Of a stretch of 64,000 nt of DNA, positions 53,849 to 63,622 are shown piece by piece. The stretch lies in IMG/VR virus record IMGVR_UViG_3300045988_147821, positions 49,352 to 113,351 of that record, one strand, 5' to 3'. This DNA is from a virus. The position numbers and the translations under genes are program-made. Numbering within the stretch: position 1 is the stretch's first letter; the number at the start of each line of letters is the position of its first letter. Below the pieces are notes generated by a model, which ran no database searches, was not told the origin of the DNA, and worked only from the letters and a program-made list of their open reading frames with translations.

Positions 53849-56800
53849 TTATTTCCATGTTGACGGTATCACAGAGAAGTCTGTAAGTGCAGCACAGTTA
53901 CGGAAGCATCCCACCGCTTCTGCGGGCGCATGACTGCCCTGTATATTATGTACGTTCCACATCTTGTATTCCGCTCCTTCTATTCTAAGCGTAGGAGAGG
54001 AATTTATATTGTCACCGAACATCGTGCATCCTTCGAAAGCATAATCCCATTTGGTACAAGTCCATATAGGCATGTTAAGATAGGAGTGGTCCGTCACACT
54101 GTCGGAAGCATTGAACATCATGGGATTCTGTTTGAGAATCTTACAGTTACGGAAACAGTAACTCATATCCGTAATATTCGTATCATAGAACGGTGAGCGT
54201 GTCCAGTCGTTGTTATCAATGTCACTTCCTCCTATATAGGTAAGGACACTGCATCCCTCAAACCCATGTGCAAACGTTACGGGAAGCGTATCCTTACCTA
54301 GTATTCCCGTGAATATGTTGTACGGTATGGTAACGATGCCTGTAAGAGAGAATGCGTAATCGGCTGTTCCTGTAATCCCCTGTGACGGTATGATGTTTTC
54401 AAGACTGTTCAGTTTGGTACATCCATAGAACGCATGGGAGAAATTGGTTGTGGAACAATCGAATATATCTGCATTCACGGTTGATGCAAGTGACGGGCAA
54501 CTGTCGAATATATGTGCAAGATTCACGTTTCCCGTAGATGAAATGGTTCGTGTCACCATACGGGAAAGTGAAGTGCATCCGTAATAACAATAGGAAGCGT
54601 CACCCGATGTCGCTATATTCATGCTTACCGTACTTTCAACACGCGAAAGGGCAAAGGCCCTTGTAACGATTGAAGGCTTGCATCCTGTAAATATGTCCAC
54701 TGCAACGTTGACAAGTGAAAGACAGCTTTCAAAGATGCTTATGCAGAGGGATATGGTCTGTGGGAATGAACCTGTCAACCCTATTATGTTACATCCGTAG
54801 AACGCTTCTGAAAAATCAGGAGCCGTTACATCTTGAAACACGTCACTAAGGTTTACAGTAGAAGCCATCCCCGATTCACGGAATATACGCTTGCATGAGG
54901 TTGCAAATCCCAGGTTTCCTGCCGGATATCCTGTAAGGGACGTACATCCCATATACATTTCTTCCGCAGTACCACGGATATTGAAACGGTTCCACTTCTG
55001 TTGGCTCATAAATGCGGTACAATCCTTGAACCCGCCTTTCTCCATGACAGTGGACTTGGACAGGAACCATGACACGACACGAAGAAGTGAGGATTTGAAT
55101 AATGCGTTCGCATAAAAATCAGAGGACCAATAAAGAACGTTATCCGTATTGTTGTAGTTGAAAACAATACGGTACACACCGTTCTCTGCATAGTCATGGT
55201 ATGATATGGCTGATGTTGTCGAACCATCACCCCATTTTACCCTTAATGCTCCCGGTGTTCCCGAAAAATTGTCACGAATAGGAAGTGTGATACGTCCGGG
55301 CTGCAACAACTGTATATCAATGGAACAACAGTCCTGGAATGTCACCGTCTGTTCCACTGCATCGCCAGAGCCCACGGTTATGTTGAATGTTTCGTTAAGG
55401 AAGCTGTCTTGCGATACATTGAACGTATATGTACCTTCATCAACGCTCAATGTAGTACGTCCTGTACTATCCGTTACACCATGAATATCTCCCGATGTAA
55501 CGGAAGCACCTGATACAGGCTGTCCGAGAGTATCATTGACGGTAACAAGGATATTCGCCTTTAATTTGTACATGATAAGGTTGAGATAAGCGTTCTGATT
55601 GAATATGACAACCTCTCCCGAAAGTGATTCATAACCGTTGGTAAAGCATTTGTATTCGTAATTGCCATTCTTTAATCCATCAATCACCGCAGTACCGTCC
55701 TCACCTGTTATGGCACTGAAACTTCCTATCTGACACGAAACGTTCTTCATTGCATTTCCAGACGGGTCCTTGATATTGAAGAATGTGGAATAGGTGATTT
55801 CACCCATGTAAACCTCTTTGGTCATTTCCATCTCATTTATAAGGATAGTGCCCTGTGCGTTCTTGTACGGAGGAAGTTTTGTAATTACATAGCTTAAAGA
55901 TTGTCCTTGCACGACATTCAGGAACGTAGCTTCTCCCGATGAATCAGTGTTCTGAACCTCATTGTTGAACAATACAACGGCATTGGTGATGAAGTCTGAC
56001 GTATCGATATCCTTTACAACGAATTTTACGGTGGATGTAAGACGGATAAGGTTCACGTTGACCTGTTGTGAGGTCACAACGGTTATCGTTCCCGAATAAG
56101 GCTCGAAATAGTTGGCAACCACACGATAGGTATATTGTCCTGCTTCACGCTTTATCATGGCATTACCCGATGAATTGGTGATGGCGACAAGTTCCTCTCC
56201 TATGTATATCTGTGCATTGGATATGGATGCCCCTGACGAATATACGTTGAATGTAATGTCATAGGTAGGGGCAACGGAGAGTTTCATTTGTACGGTAAGA
56301 TCCGTTCCATCCTTTGATACAGTCACAACTCCCGATTTATCGTTATAGTTGGGTGCTGCAACAACATAGTTGTATTGCTTGGGTGGAAGTGTCCATATCC
56401 CTGCAACACCTTCTACATTGGTTGATTTGGTTTCATTGTTGACTGTAACAGTTGCATTGGGAATGGCAACATTATTTTCATTTACCACCTTGACGGTGAG
56501 ATTACCTGTTATCATGGTAAGTTCGATATTCTGCTGTACGTTGGCATTTGTAACAGTTATCTTTCCGTCCTGTCCTGTAAACCCTTCCGCAGATACCGAA
56601 TATTCATATTCTCCTGCACGTTTGTTGAATACAACCTGTCCGTTGGTATTCGTTACAAGTTCCTGTGAATCAAGTATTACCGAAGCACCTCTTAACGGCT
56701 GTCCTGCTGAACGTACCACGAATGTGATATCATAGGTAACGAACATCATATCAACCGTTTCAAGTGTATCTTTCTTGTTTATGGTAGTGAACCCCTGTTT

Positions 56801-59242
56801 CTTGTACATTCCCGGAGCGGTAACGGTCCAGTTGTACGTTGCGGACGGACGGATGAATACGGCATCCCCCTTATCATCCGTTACATTTGTTTCCGTTCCT
56901 ACCATGATGGATGCACCCACAACGGGATTCACGCCATTCACGACATGGAATGAAAGGTTGTACATTTTAGGCTGTATGGCAACCGTCTTGGAAGTATCGG
57001 CACCATTGACGGTAACCTGCCCTGTTTCGTCAAGGAAATCATCCTTGGAAACGGTATAGTTGTATGTACCGTTTATTTCGGAGAACGTAACCTGCCCTTG
57101 CTTGTTCGTACTAAGCGTTACGCTATTGAATGTGACAAAGGCATTTTCAAGCGGAAGGTCATTGTAGGTTACATTGAATGTAACGTTGTATTTGGGAATC
57201 TTCTGTATGTTAACATCAATGACCGCATTGTCCTGTATGGTAAATTCGGCCCTTTGGGTTATGTACCCCGATTTGGATATGACATAGGAATATGCGCCGG
57301 GCTTCATTACAAATCCTGTTGCAACACCCGTTACATTGGTTGTTCCCGTCTGATCCACATCATCCACATTCACAACAACGGTGGCACCCACAACGGGTTC
57401 AACGCCATCACGCACACGGAATGAAACGTTCTTGTATGGAACTTCCTCCATTTGCACATTCTCCAACGTGTCAGCCTGTACATTGATATTCTTTTCCAGA
57501 TCATAGTAACCGTCTGCCGATACCTTGTAGGAATAATCGCCCTTGAACACATTGAAAAATGCGATACCTCTTGTGCTTGTTATCTGTGTCTGATTGTTCA
57601 TGGTGATGGTGGCACCCTGTAACGGGGCATCATCAACACCCGTTACCTGGAATGTCACTGTCCATTGGAACGAATCACCCAATATCTGAACGTACTGTAC
57701 CGTGTCCTGATTGACATTAAGAACGGAGTTATAGGGCTGGAACTGTTCTTCCTTGGCCGTTACCGTATATACGAACTCACCTTTGGGAAGCTGTATGACA
57801 CATTCACCGTTTACATCCGTCTTGAATGACTGACCGAATATGTCTATCGTGGCATCCTGCAAGTAGATGTACTTGGTTGAGAATACCTTGAAACAGATAT
57901 TGTAGACCTTCTCTCCTTCATAGAACGGGATTATCTCACTTCCTAATACGTTCTTGTACGATACAAGGAAGTTCTTGGTATATTCGTCAAGAGAATCCTT
58001 TGACTGATAGGAGTTATTCTTGAAATAAGTCGCTATGATGTTCTTTTCACCAAAATATCCCTGTGAGAAAGGAAGATACAATGGCTTTACCTTGAAATCA
58101 TACAGATATACATAGGTATCGTCAACGGATGAACGTTCCTGGATAATCTGTACGGCTATGTATCTTACATCAGATGGAAGCGACAGTGCCCTTCCCGAAG
58201 GGAATGTAAGTGCAGGAGCGTTGTAATATCTTTCGTTTGTAGAGAAAAGGATGCCACGTATATAATAATACATGTTATCATTGGGAAGTTCAAGGTATTC
58301 ATCCGTATGGAACATATTGCTTCCCTGTGCGGCCCATCCACCGTTTTCCATGACCTGCATCTCGAACGTCTGTGTCTTGTCCTCATTATATCCAACAACA
58401 CCGAATTTGACAAGTGACGGTGCATCGGAAGCCTTTTTCAGAAAGAAACTTATTTCGTAGGAAAGGTTCGGGTCAACCACAATCAGTTTGGACAGGTCCT
58501 GCGTTCCGTCTATGCCGACAGGCTGCTGCCCTGTAAATGTGATACCGTTTACAATATCATCGTTCCCGTTACGGTCCTGTACAGGATATACGAAGCTGCT
58601 TCCAAGAAGCGGATATTTGGATATATCTACAATATCCTTTGTGAACTCGTATGCCTTGGTGACGTTTGCGACAAGCTGCGTTTTCTCCCATGTAGGAGAG
58701 GACCATCCAAGACACCATCCCGTGTTTTCGGACTGCAATAAAGCGAATATGAACTCGTCCTTGTCGGAATATCGTATAAGACGCAGGAACTCACCGAGAA
58801 TATCGCCCGACATGCCGACAATATCGAGTTTGCCACGCTTGGCATATTCTTCCAGGTAGTTGTTGAACAGGTATTCCATCTGTTCCTGTGAATCGACAAG
58901 ATTGGTAACAAGACCCTTGTTATTGATAAACGCTTCAAACAGAATCTTGTTCGTGCCAATCTCATTGAATTGTCGTGCATATATGGTTATGAAGGCAAAC
59001 ATTTTCGCCACGGTAAACCATAATGCACGAAAATCCTCATTATCCTTTTTACGTATGAAAGCTGGAAGAATGTTGGCATTCTCCAGCTTGTCATATACGT
59101 TCTCCGCCCATCCAAGCACACGTGAATCATCCGATTCAAAAAACTGCTTGAATATGGTGGTGTCATAAATGTTACCGCCACCTTTCAGGAAATAGGGGCC
59201 ACAGTCATTAATTCTGATTAATTTTTTATTCTTATCTTCCAT
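53849..59242 (-). CDS. giant tail fibre / adhesin: N-terminal domain, 11 tandem CarboxypepD_reg-like beta-sandwich repeats, C-terminal BspA-type leucine-rich repeats
   Basis: 1797 aa. Repeats of 76-81 aa span aa 447-1305 (nt 55328-57904), each with a G.Y.Y.V.A.GY-type core. The C-terminal 490 aa carry about 10 F.GC..L units (FYGCTKLNS, FEGCSVLTY, FRNCAALTD). Confidence 0.75.
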   Translation of the reverse strand: MEDKNKKLIRINDCGPYFLKGGGNIYDTTIFKQFFESDDSRVLGWAENVYDKLENANILPAFIRKKDNEDFRALWFTVAKMFAFITIYARQFNEIGTNKILFEAFINNKGLVTNLVDSQEQMEYLFNNYLEEYAKRGKLDIVGMSGDILGEFLRLIRYSDKDEFIFALLQSENTGWCLGWSSPTWEKTQLVANVTKAYEFTKDIVDISKYPLLGSSFVYPVQDRNGNDDIVNGITFTGQQPVGIDGTQDLSKLIVVDPNLSYEISFFLKKASDAPSLVKFGVVGYNEDKTQTFEMQVMENGGWAAQGSNMFHTDEYLELPNDNMYYYIRGILFSTNERYYNAPALTFPSGRALSLPSDVRYIAVQIIQERSSVDDTYVYLYDFKVKPLYLPFSQGYFGEKNIIATYFKNNSYQSKDSLDEYTKNFLVSYKNVLGSEIIPFYEGEKVYNICFKVFSTKYIYLQDATIDIFGQSFKTDVNGECVIQLPKGEFVYTVTAKEEQFQPYNSVLNVNQDTVQYVQILGDSFQWTVTFQVTGVDDAPLQGATITMNNQTQITSTRGIAFFNVFKGDYSYKVSADGYYDLEKNINVQADTLENVQMEEVPYKNVSFRVRDGVEPVVGATVVVNVDDVDQTGTTNVTGVATGFVMKPGAYSYVISKSGYITQRAEFTIQDNAVIDVNIQKIPKYNVTFNVTYNDLPLENAFVTFNSVTLSTNKQGQVTFSEINGTYNYTVSKDDFLDETGQVTVNGADTSKTVAIQPKMYNLSFHVVNGVNPVVGASIMVGTETNVTDDKGDAVFIRPSATYNWTVTAPGMYKKQGFTTINKKDTLETVDMMFVTYDITFVVRSAGQPLRGASVILDSQELVTNTNGQVVFNKRAGEYEYSVSAEGFTGQDGKITVTNANVQQNIELTMITGNLTVKVVNENNVAIPNATVTVNNETKSTNVEGVAGIWTLPPKQYNYVVAAPNYNDKSGVVTVSKDGTDLTVQMKLSVAPTYDITFNVYSSGASISNAQIYIGEELVAITNSSGNAMIKREAGQYTYRVVANYFEPYSGTITVVTSQQVNVNLIRLTSTVKFVVKDIDTSDFITNAVVLFNNEVQNTDSSGEATFLNVVQGQSLSYVITKLPPYKNAQGTILINEMEMTKEVYMGEITYSTFFNIKDPSGNAMKNVSCQIGSFSAITGEDGTAVIDGLKNGNYEYKCFTNGYESLSGEVVIFNQNAYLNLIMYKLKANILVTVNDTLGQPVSGASVTSGDIHGVTDSTGRTTLSVDEGTYTFNVSQDSFLNETFNITVGSGDAVEQTVTFQDCCSIDIQLLQPGRITLPIRDNFSGTPGALRVKWGDGSTTSAISYHDYAENGVYRIVFNYNNTDNVLYWSSDFYANALFKSSLLRVVSWFLSKSTVMEKGGFKDCTAFMSQQKWNRFNIRGTAEEMYMGCTSLTGYPAGNLGFATSCKRIFRESGMASTVNLSDVFQDVTAPDFSEAFYGCNIIGLTGSFPQTISLCISIFESCLSLVNVAVDIFTGCKPSIVTRAFALSRVESTVSMNIATSGDASYCYYGCTSLSRMVTRTISSTGNVNLAHIFDSCPSLASTVNADIFDCSTTNFSHAFYGCTKLNSLENIIPSQGITGTADYAFSLTGIVTIPYNIFTGILGKDTLPVTFAHGFEGCSVLTYIGGSDIDNNDWTRSPFYDTNITDMSYCFRNCKILKQNPMMFNASDSVTDHSYLNMPIWTCTKWDYAFEGCTMFGDNINSSPTLRIEGAEYKMWNVHNIQGSHAPAEAVGCFRNCAALTDFSVIPSTWK

Positions 59243-59276
59243 TGCGCAATTAGAGATAAAATATCTTTCTATTGCT

Positions 59277-59284
59277 CAAAGATA
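59277..59284 (-). promoter_or_regulatory. -7 box TATCTTTG upstream of the fibre gene
   Basis: Fits TAnnTTTG on the minus strand, 35 nt upstream of the ATG at 59242. Confidence 0.45.
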
Positions 59285-59301
59285 AGAAAATACCCTCATT
59301 T

Positions 59302-59511
59302 TTACAGGGATGCAATCAGTTCTTCTTTGGTAGCGTAGGACTTATCCTCTGTTATTGATATCTTGTCCTTGTTCCAACCTACGGAATATTCAATTTCTTT
59401 TGATTGACTTCCAATCCATACAGATATCGAACAGACAGGTGAATTACATACTTTGTTGTCATACATAAAGTAGATGGTATCACCGATATTGAATTTTGCC
59501 TTTATTTCCAT
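59302..59511 (-). CDS. hypothetical protein (69 aa)
   Basis: ORF in minus-strand order. Confidence 0.45.
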   Translation of the reverse strand: MEIKAKFNIGDTIYFMYDNKVCNSPVCSISVWIGSQSKEIEYSVGWNKDKISITEDKSYATKEELIASL

Positions 59512-59539
59512 AATGCGTTTTTATTTTAAAGATAATCAA

Positions 59540-60061
59540 TTATTCTATGGTAAATCCTTCCGAACGAAGGATATTGAAAAACTCGTCCATTGTTATCATT
59601 ATCGCATCTTGTTGTGTGAGTTTATGTTTATCATCTACTGACACAAGGATAGTATCACCTGCTATTTCAAGGGTAGGGATGACATAGCGTCCGCAATAGT
59701 CCTTTATATCAAGTATATCCATGATCTTCATGAAGCTGAAACATTTGAGATTGGAAATAGCCTTTTGCATTTCCTTTCCCGCTTTCGTTCTCTTGTTGGG
59801 AATGAATATTTCGGGATGGTTTGGATCACGTTTCCACACTTTCATATCCACTTCTTCGGGATTCTCAAACTTGAATCCGAAGTATCGTGGAATTCTACTG
59901 AAAGAATTGTCACGATGGCCCGAATAGATATCCCATTTGTAGGGTATGAGTTTTGCAAGTGTCACTTGATTCTGTTTATGTGCTTCAAGTTCCATTGTTC
60001 TTTGTTCATACAGTTTCTTGTACAAATCACTTTCCTTGTAGGTTATCTTGTAGTAAATCAT
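59540..60061 (-). CDS. hypothetical protein (173 aa)
   Basis: Protein-like ORF. Confidence 0.5.
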   Translation of the reverse strand: MIYYKITYKESDLYKKLYEQRTMELEAHKQNQVTLAKLIPYKWDIYSGHRDNSFSRIPRYFGFKFENPEEVDMKVWKRDPNHPEIFIPNKRTKAGKEMQKAISNLKCFSFMKIMDILDIKDYCGRYVIPTLEIAGDTILVSVDDKHKLTQQDAIMITMDEFFNILRSEGFTIE

Positions 60062-60064
60062 AAA

Positions 60065-60304
60065 TTAAAAACTTTGGTATAATTCAAGATTGTTGAAAAC
60101 ATAACACTCCTTATTCTTGACTTGCGGATACATGTAAGAGGGAATATTCGCTATCTTTCGGGAATTACCCCAATATGATATTCGTTTGTCTATATCAAAC
60201 AGAAGTTCTGGGGTATCATAGAACAGGTTCAGTTCTCCTGCCTTTTGTACATCTTCATCCCATTTGCCTTCGTCACGGGCGATATATAATTTAAAATTGT
60301 TCAT
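60065..60304 (-). CDS. hypothetical protein (79 aa)
   Basis: Start re-set to ATG 60304 (MNNFKLYIARDEG) on the basis of an ATGA overlap with the HAD gene stop. Confidence 0.5.
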   Translation of the reverse strand: MNNFKLYIARDEGKWDEDVQKAGELNLFYDTPELLFDIDKRISYWGNSRKIANIPSYMYPQVKNKECYVFNNLELYQSF

Positions 60305-60726
60305 ATAAGTTTTCTTTTTATAAGAGTGTTTTCTACTTCCATCCAATCAACAAACGGTCTGTTTGACAGGTTTACATTATATTTCAACGGACATCCCAAT
60401 GCCGCATCATCAATGTATATGTGACAATAAGGTTTGGGCGATAGTGTCCATGTATGCTGTTCAGGATTCTCGTTTATACCGAATAAGGGAATGTTGTTGT
60501 CCATAAACCATTGTACGGCTTCCGACAGGTATTTCCCTCCCTGTTTATGTATGTTGTAATCATCGGAAGTCACCTCATCAATATCACTTCTCATGGTAAA
60601 CAGGATAAGTTTGTGTCCGTTATCAACCAATTTTCTCAATACAGGCACGGCACCTATATCCTTGCCGATTTTAGGAAAGTCGTGTGTCACGACTGTTCCG
60701 TCAAAGTCAATTCCTATAATAGCCAT
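60301..60726 (-). CDS. HAD-superfamily phosphatase-like protein
   Basis: N-terminal DxDxT motif IGIDFDGTVV. 141 aa. Confidence 0.6.
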   Translation of the reverse strand: MAIIGIDFDGTVVTHDFPKIGKDIGAVPVLRKLVDNGHKLILFTMRSDIDEVTSDDYNIHKQGGKYLSEAVQWFMDNNIPLFGINENPEQHTWTLSPKPYCHIYIDDAALGCPLKYNVNLSNRPFVDWMEVENTLIKRKLI

Positions 60727-60728
60727 AA

Positions 60729-61634
60729 TTATTTGTTATGTAATTTATCATATATTTCTCTTACCTGTTTATACCTTTCTTCCTGCTTCTTTGTGAACGG
60801 CATGAAGGAATGATTTAACCACCGACATATATAATAACATTTATCATTGGAATAATCAGTTTTATCAATATCAATAAACCAATCAATGTCATTCTTCATT
60901 TCTCTTGCAGAAATAAAGGCATCAATAAGTTTTGGATATTTCATAAGTCCTATGTAATTGCTATTGAAATTTGCTTTCGGGCAAACAATACATCCAACTC
61001 TTTTGCAATAATCATATTCGGGATTTATAGGTAATGAATATTTATGGATATAATCCCATACATCCTTATCCGTCCAATCTATAATAGGCTTTAATTGTAT
61101 GATGGAAGCGGCACCAATAGACTGACAATGTTCTTCAAAATAGGAATCAAACAATTCTTTATTTTTCTTTAAAGTCGTTTTGTTTTTCGCTTCAAATGCC
61201 GTCCTATTACTCCTACTCCTACTTTCAGCTTTCCTTACTCCCGTAATACTGCACGCATCCACATATTTAGGATTGTGCTTATAATCCTTGCAACAATAAG
61301 CTATTTGTACAGTAGGAAGGATGGATTTGTGGTTTTTCCATATATTTTGTATAAACCCGAATTTATAATCACGCCTCCATATTACATCGGGATAGTTTTC
61401 TTTTATGAACCTTAATGTAATATTATTTTCAAAGGCATGGTTGAAAAAGGCTTTGAACGGTATCCCGGCACGTTTGCAAAGGTCATAACATACCTGACTA
61501 TCTTTTCCTCCCGAAAAACCCAAATGTACTTCCAACCCCATTGTTTTAGCTATCTTACTGAATTTTTGTATTCTAGTAATGGCTAATTGTTCTTTTTCAT
61601 CCATAACCATTTGTTCATCTATTATTTCTTTCAT
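60729..61634 (-). CDS. PAPS-reductase-family PP-loop protein
   Basis: PP-loop LGFSGGKDS, GVRKAESRSR, IIDWTDKDVWDYI..LPINPEY, GCIVCP. Confidence 0.7.
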   Translation of the reverse strand: MKEIIDEQMVMDEKEQLAITRIQKFSKIAKTMGLEVHLGFSGGKDSQVCYDLCKRAGIPFKAFFNHAFENNITLRFIKENYPDVIWRRDYKFGFIQNIWKNHKSILPTVQIAYCCKDYKHNPKYVDACSITGVRKAESRSRSNRTAFEAKNKTTLKKNKELFDSYFEEHCQSIGAASIIQLKPIIDWTDKDVWDYIHKYSLPINPEYDYCKRVGCIVCPKANFNSNYIGLMKYPKLIDAFISAREMKNDIDWFIDIDKTDYSNDKCYYICRWLNHSFMPFTKKQEERYKQVREIYDKLHNK

Positions 61635-62110
61635 ACCAATTTAATCATAGCCTTCTTTAAATTAACAAATAAAGGTATTGCTGACATGCCCCCATTGTAA
61701 TCCAACTGTCTTAAAGAGGGTACAACCTCTCCGTTATCATCAATCTCATAATCTGCAATATAGGCTAACTTCTTCGCTTCGGGAACCAATATACTTTCAT
61801 TGTTCCTTTCATGAGCTGGGACCGTTATACAGACCTTGCTTCCAACAGGGAATACTTGGTTGGATTCAATGTATTCCTTTTCCAACTGAATTTTCTGATT
61901 TTTCAATTCCCTTATTTTTGAATCAATATCATTTTTCTTTGTCTGAAATTCTTCTTTGTTCATTTTTACTTTTTTGAGGGTTATTTTATCACATCTGTTA
62001 ATCGGTGTTTTTACTTCTTTCCCAAACCACGAACACCAATAATATGGCTGAAATAAATTGGGTGAATGCGTGCAATATTTACATCTTTCACACAGGTGGA
62101 TTCCATTCAT
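61631..62110 (-). CDS. hypothetical protein with an N-terminal Cys cluster (159 aa)
   Basis: CERCKYC...WCSW, followed by a coiled-coil segment. Confidence 0.5.
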   Translation of the reverse strand: MNGIHLCERCKYCTHSPNLFQPYYWCSWFGKEVKTPINRCDKITLKKVKMNKEEFQTKKNDIDSKIRELKNQKIQLEKEYIESNQVFPVGSKVCITVPAHERNNESILVPEAKKLAYIADYEIDDNGEVVPSLRQLDYNGGMSAIPLFVNLKKAMIKLV

Positions 62111-62137
62111 TTTTAATTTGTTATGAAGGTTTATTAA

Positions 62138-62338
62138 TTACCAAGTCGCACTCAGGTGCCCCCATCCTAAAGATTTCGCACCATCCCATACATTGTATAA
62201 CCATTCATCCATATATCCCTTTTGTAGATTAAAATAAGAATGATGGAGGTTAATTATCTCAACCTCTTTGCCAATCTTAGATTTATATGGATGATTGACT
62301 ATTTTTACTTTTTCTCCAATCCTAAATTTAGCTTCCAT
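62138..62338 (-). CDS. hypothetical protein (66 aa)
   Basis: ORF in minus-strand order. Confidence 0.45.
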   Translation of the reverse strand: MEAKFRIGEKVKIVNHPYKSKIGKEVEIINLHHSYFNLQKGYMDEWLYNVWDGAKSLGWGHLSATW

Positions 62339-62411
62339 TACTTCCGTTTTTTAGTTGGTATATAAATTGGGGATGCTTTCCCTTTATTGTTTTTGTTTAT
62401 GCCATTCATTT

Positions 62412-62444
62412 GTTCAACCATCTTTTGAGTGAAGATGGTTGAAC
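62412..62444 (-). other. perfect 13-bp stem hairpin downstream of the Dam-like gene
   Basis: GTTCAACCATCTT (62412-62424) pairs with AAGATGGTTGAAC (62432-62444), with a 7-nt loop. Confidence 0.6.
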
Positions 62445-62499
62445 CAGCAAGACCTTTGATATTCTTTCCCATATTAGTTCCTTTCTAATTTGTTTTGCT

Positions 62500-62981
62500 C
62501 TAATTTATTCTAACGTACTTACCTGCAATATCACAAGTTTTTATTACCTCCGCATTATCCTCACCAAAAGCGATGAGAATACTACCACAGCCGGGAGAAT
62601 CTCCACGAGTTCCGTCTGGACGGAAGAATCTGATTCGGTTACGCAAGAATTTCATTGCCGTTGCCTTCTCGAATATCACATCCTGAAACATCTTTGAATC
62701 GCAACGATTGAAAAGTAAAGCAATGCCGTTTCCATGTTCTGCCATCCGTTTAACGAAACATTCTATAAGAGGACGGGAATAAGATGGGTTCAACCAAACG
62801 CGACCTTTCCATTCCTGTTTTAATCCATCGTCATTTTTGTTGTACATGACATTTGCCGTTTTATAGGGGGGGCTACTGGGGCACATGGGTCTAAATCAAA
62901 TTCACCCAATGCGTCTATAATTTCTTTCGGTGTGTACCATTCATCGGTACTATTAGCCGATTTTTCAAAAGTTGTATTCAT
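62500..62981 (-). pseudogene. phage Dam-type N6-adenine DNA methyltransferase split by a frameshift at a C7 tract
   Basis: The N-terminal piece MNTTFEKSANSTDEWYTPKEIIDALGEFDLDPCAP (ATG 62981) and the C-terminal piece ...WLNPSYS...RIRFFRPDG... (track ORF 62500..62886) are in different frames. They join if C7 (62866-62872) were C8. Confidence 0.6.
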
Positions 62982-63015
62982 TTCTTTTATGTTTTGAGTG
63001 TTATTTATTTCTCTT

Positions 63016-63258
63016 TTAACGAAACATTTCTATTACCACTTTATTTTCCGAGTTTCCATCATCAGGATGTACATCAGTAAAATCAATGACGGAAAAATCA
63101 TATAAATCTGGAATGTATTCAGTTTGATAATCTCCTGTATTCATTACAATATTTATTTCAGCATCCTTATTAACAACTAACATTAATTCGTTAATCATAT
63201 CTTGGACAGTAATTATTCTTTTCATCATTGTTTCTATGGGTTTTACAAAGCCGCCCAA
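63016..63258 (-). CDS. hypothetical protein (80 aa or shorter)
   Basis: ORF in minus-strand order. Start uncertain. Confidence 0.4.
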   Translation of the reverse strand: MGGFVKPIETMMKRIITVQDMINELMLVVNKDAEINIVMNTGDYQTEYIPDLYDFSVIDFTDVHPDDGNSENKVVIEMFR

Positions 63259-63275
63259 GGCTCATTTCTATATCG

Positions 63276-63569
63276 TTATGTATAAATTGTTTTTCCATAA
63301 ATTTTAGCGGCAGCGTATTCAAGATTACACCCCTTTGAGTCAACCCAACCAGGCGCAAAATAAACAGCATCACATTCCAATAGCCCTTCTATATCCTTAC
63401 CCATGTGATAGGAGTATGGTTTTTCGCTATCTGTGGATAAATCGAAAGGTGTCACAACCTCAAAACCTTCCTCTTCCCACATTAGCTTGTAACTTTTTGC
63501 TTCCAAAGCAACGGCGTTAAGTGAGAAGCCACTAATTGGCAGACTGATATATAGCTTCTTTTTCTTCAT
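63276..63569 (-). CDS. nucleoside 2-deoxyribosyltransferase-like protein (DUF4406-type)
   Basis: 97 aa. KLYISLPISG...VVTPF...LLECDAVYFAPGWVDSKGCNLEYAAAK matches the DUF4406 pattern as I recall it. Confidence 0.45.
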   Translation of the reverse strand: MKKKKLYISLPISGFSLNAVALEAKSYKLMWEEEGFEVVTPFDLSTDSEKPYSYHMGKDIEGLLECDAVYFAPGWVDSKGCNLEYAAAKIYGKTIYT

Positions 63570-63622
63570 TTCTCATCTGTTTTGAGCCATACGGCAGACA
63601 TTAAACCACCGTATGGCAATAT

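Noticed and set aside
53849-59242. A diversity-generating retroelement targeting the fibre or the LamG protein.
   Set aside because: No reverse-transcriptase ORF (no YxDD-type motif) is present in the window, and I noticed no template/variable repeat pair. The fibre repeats are old, divergent protein repeats.
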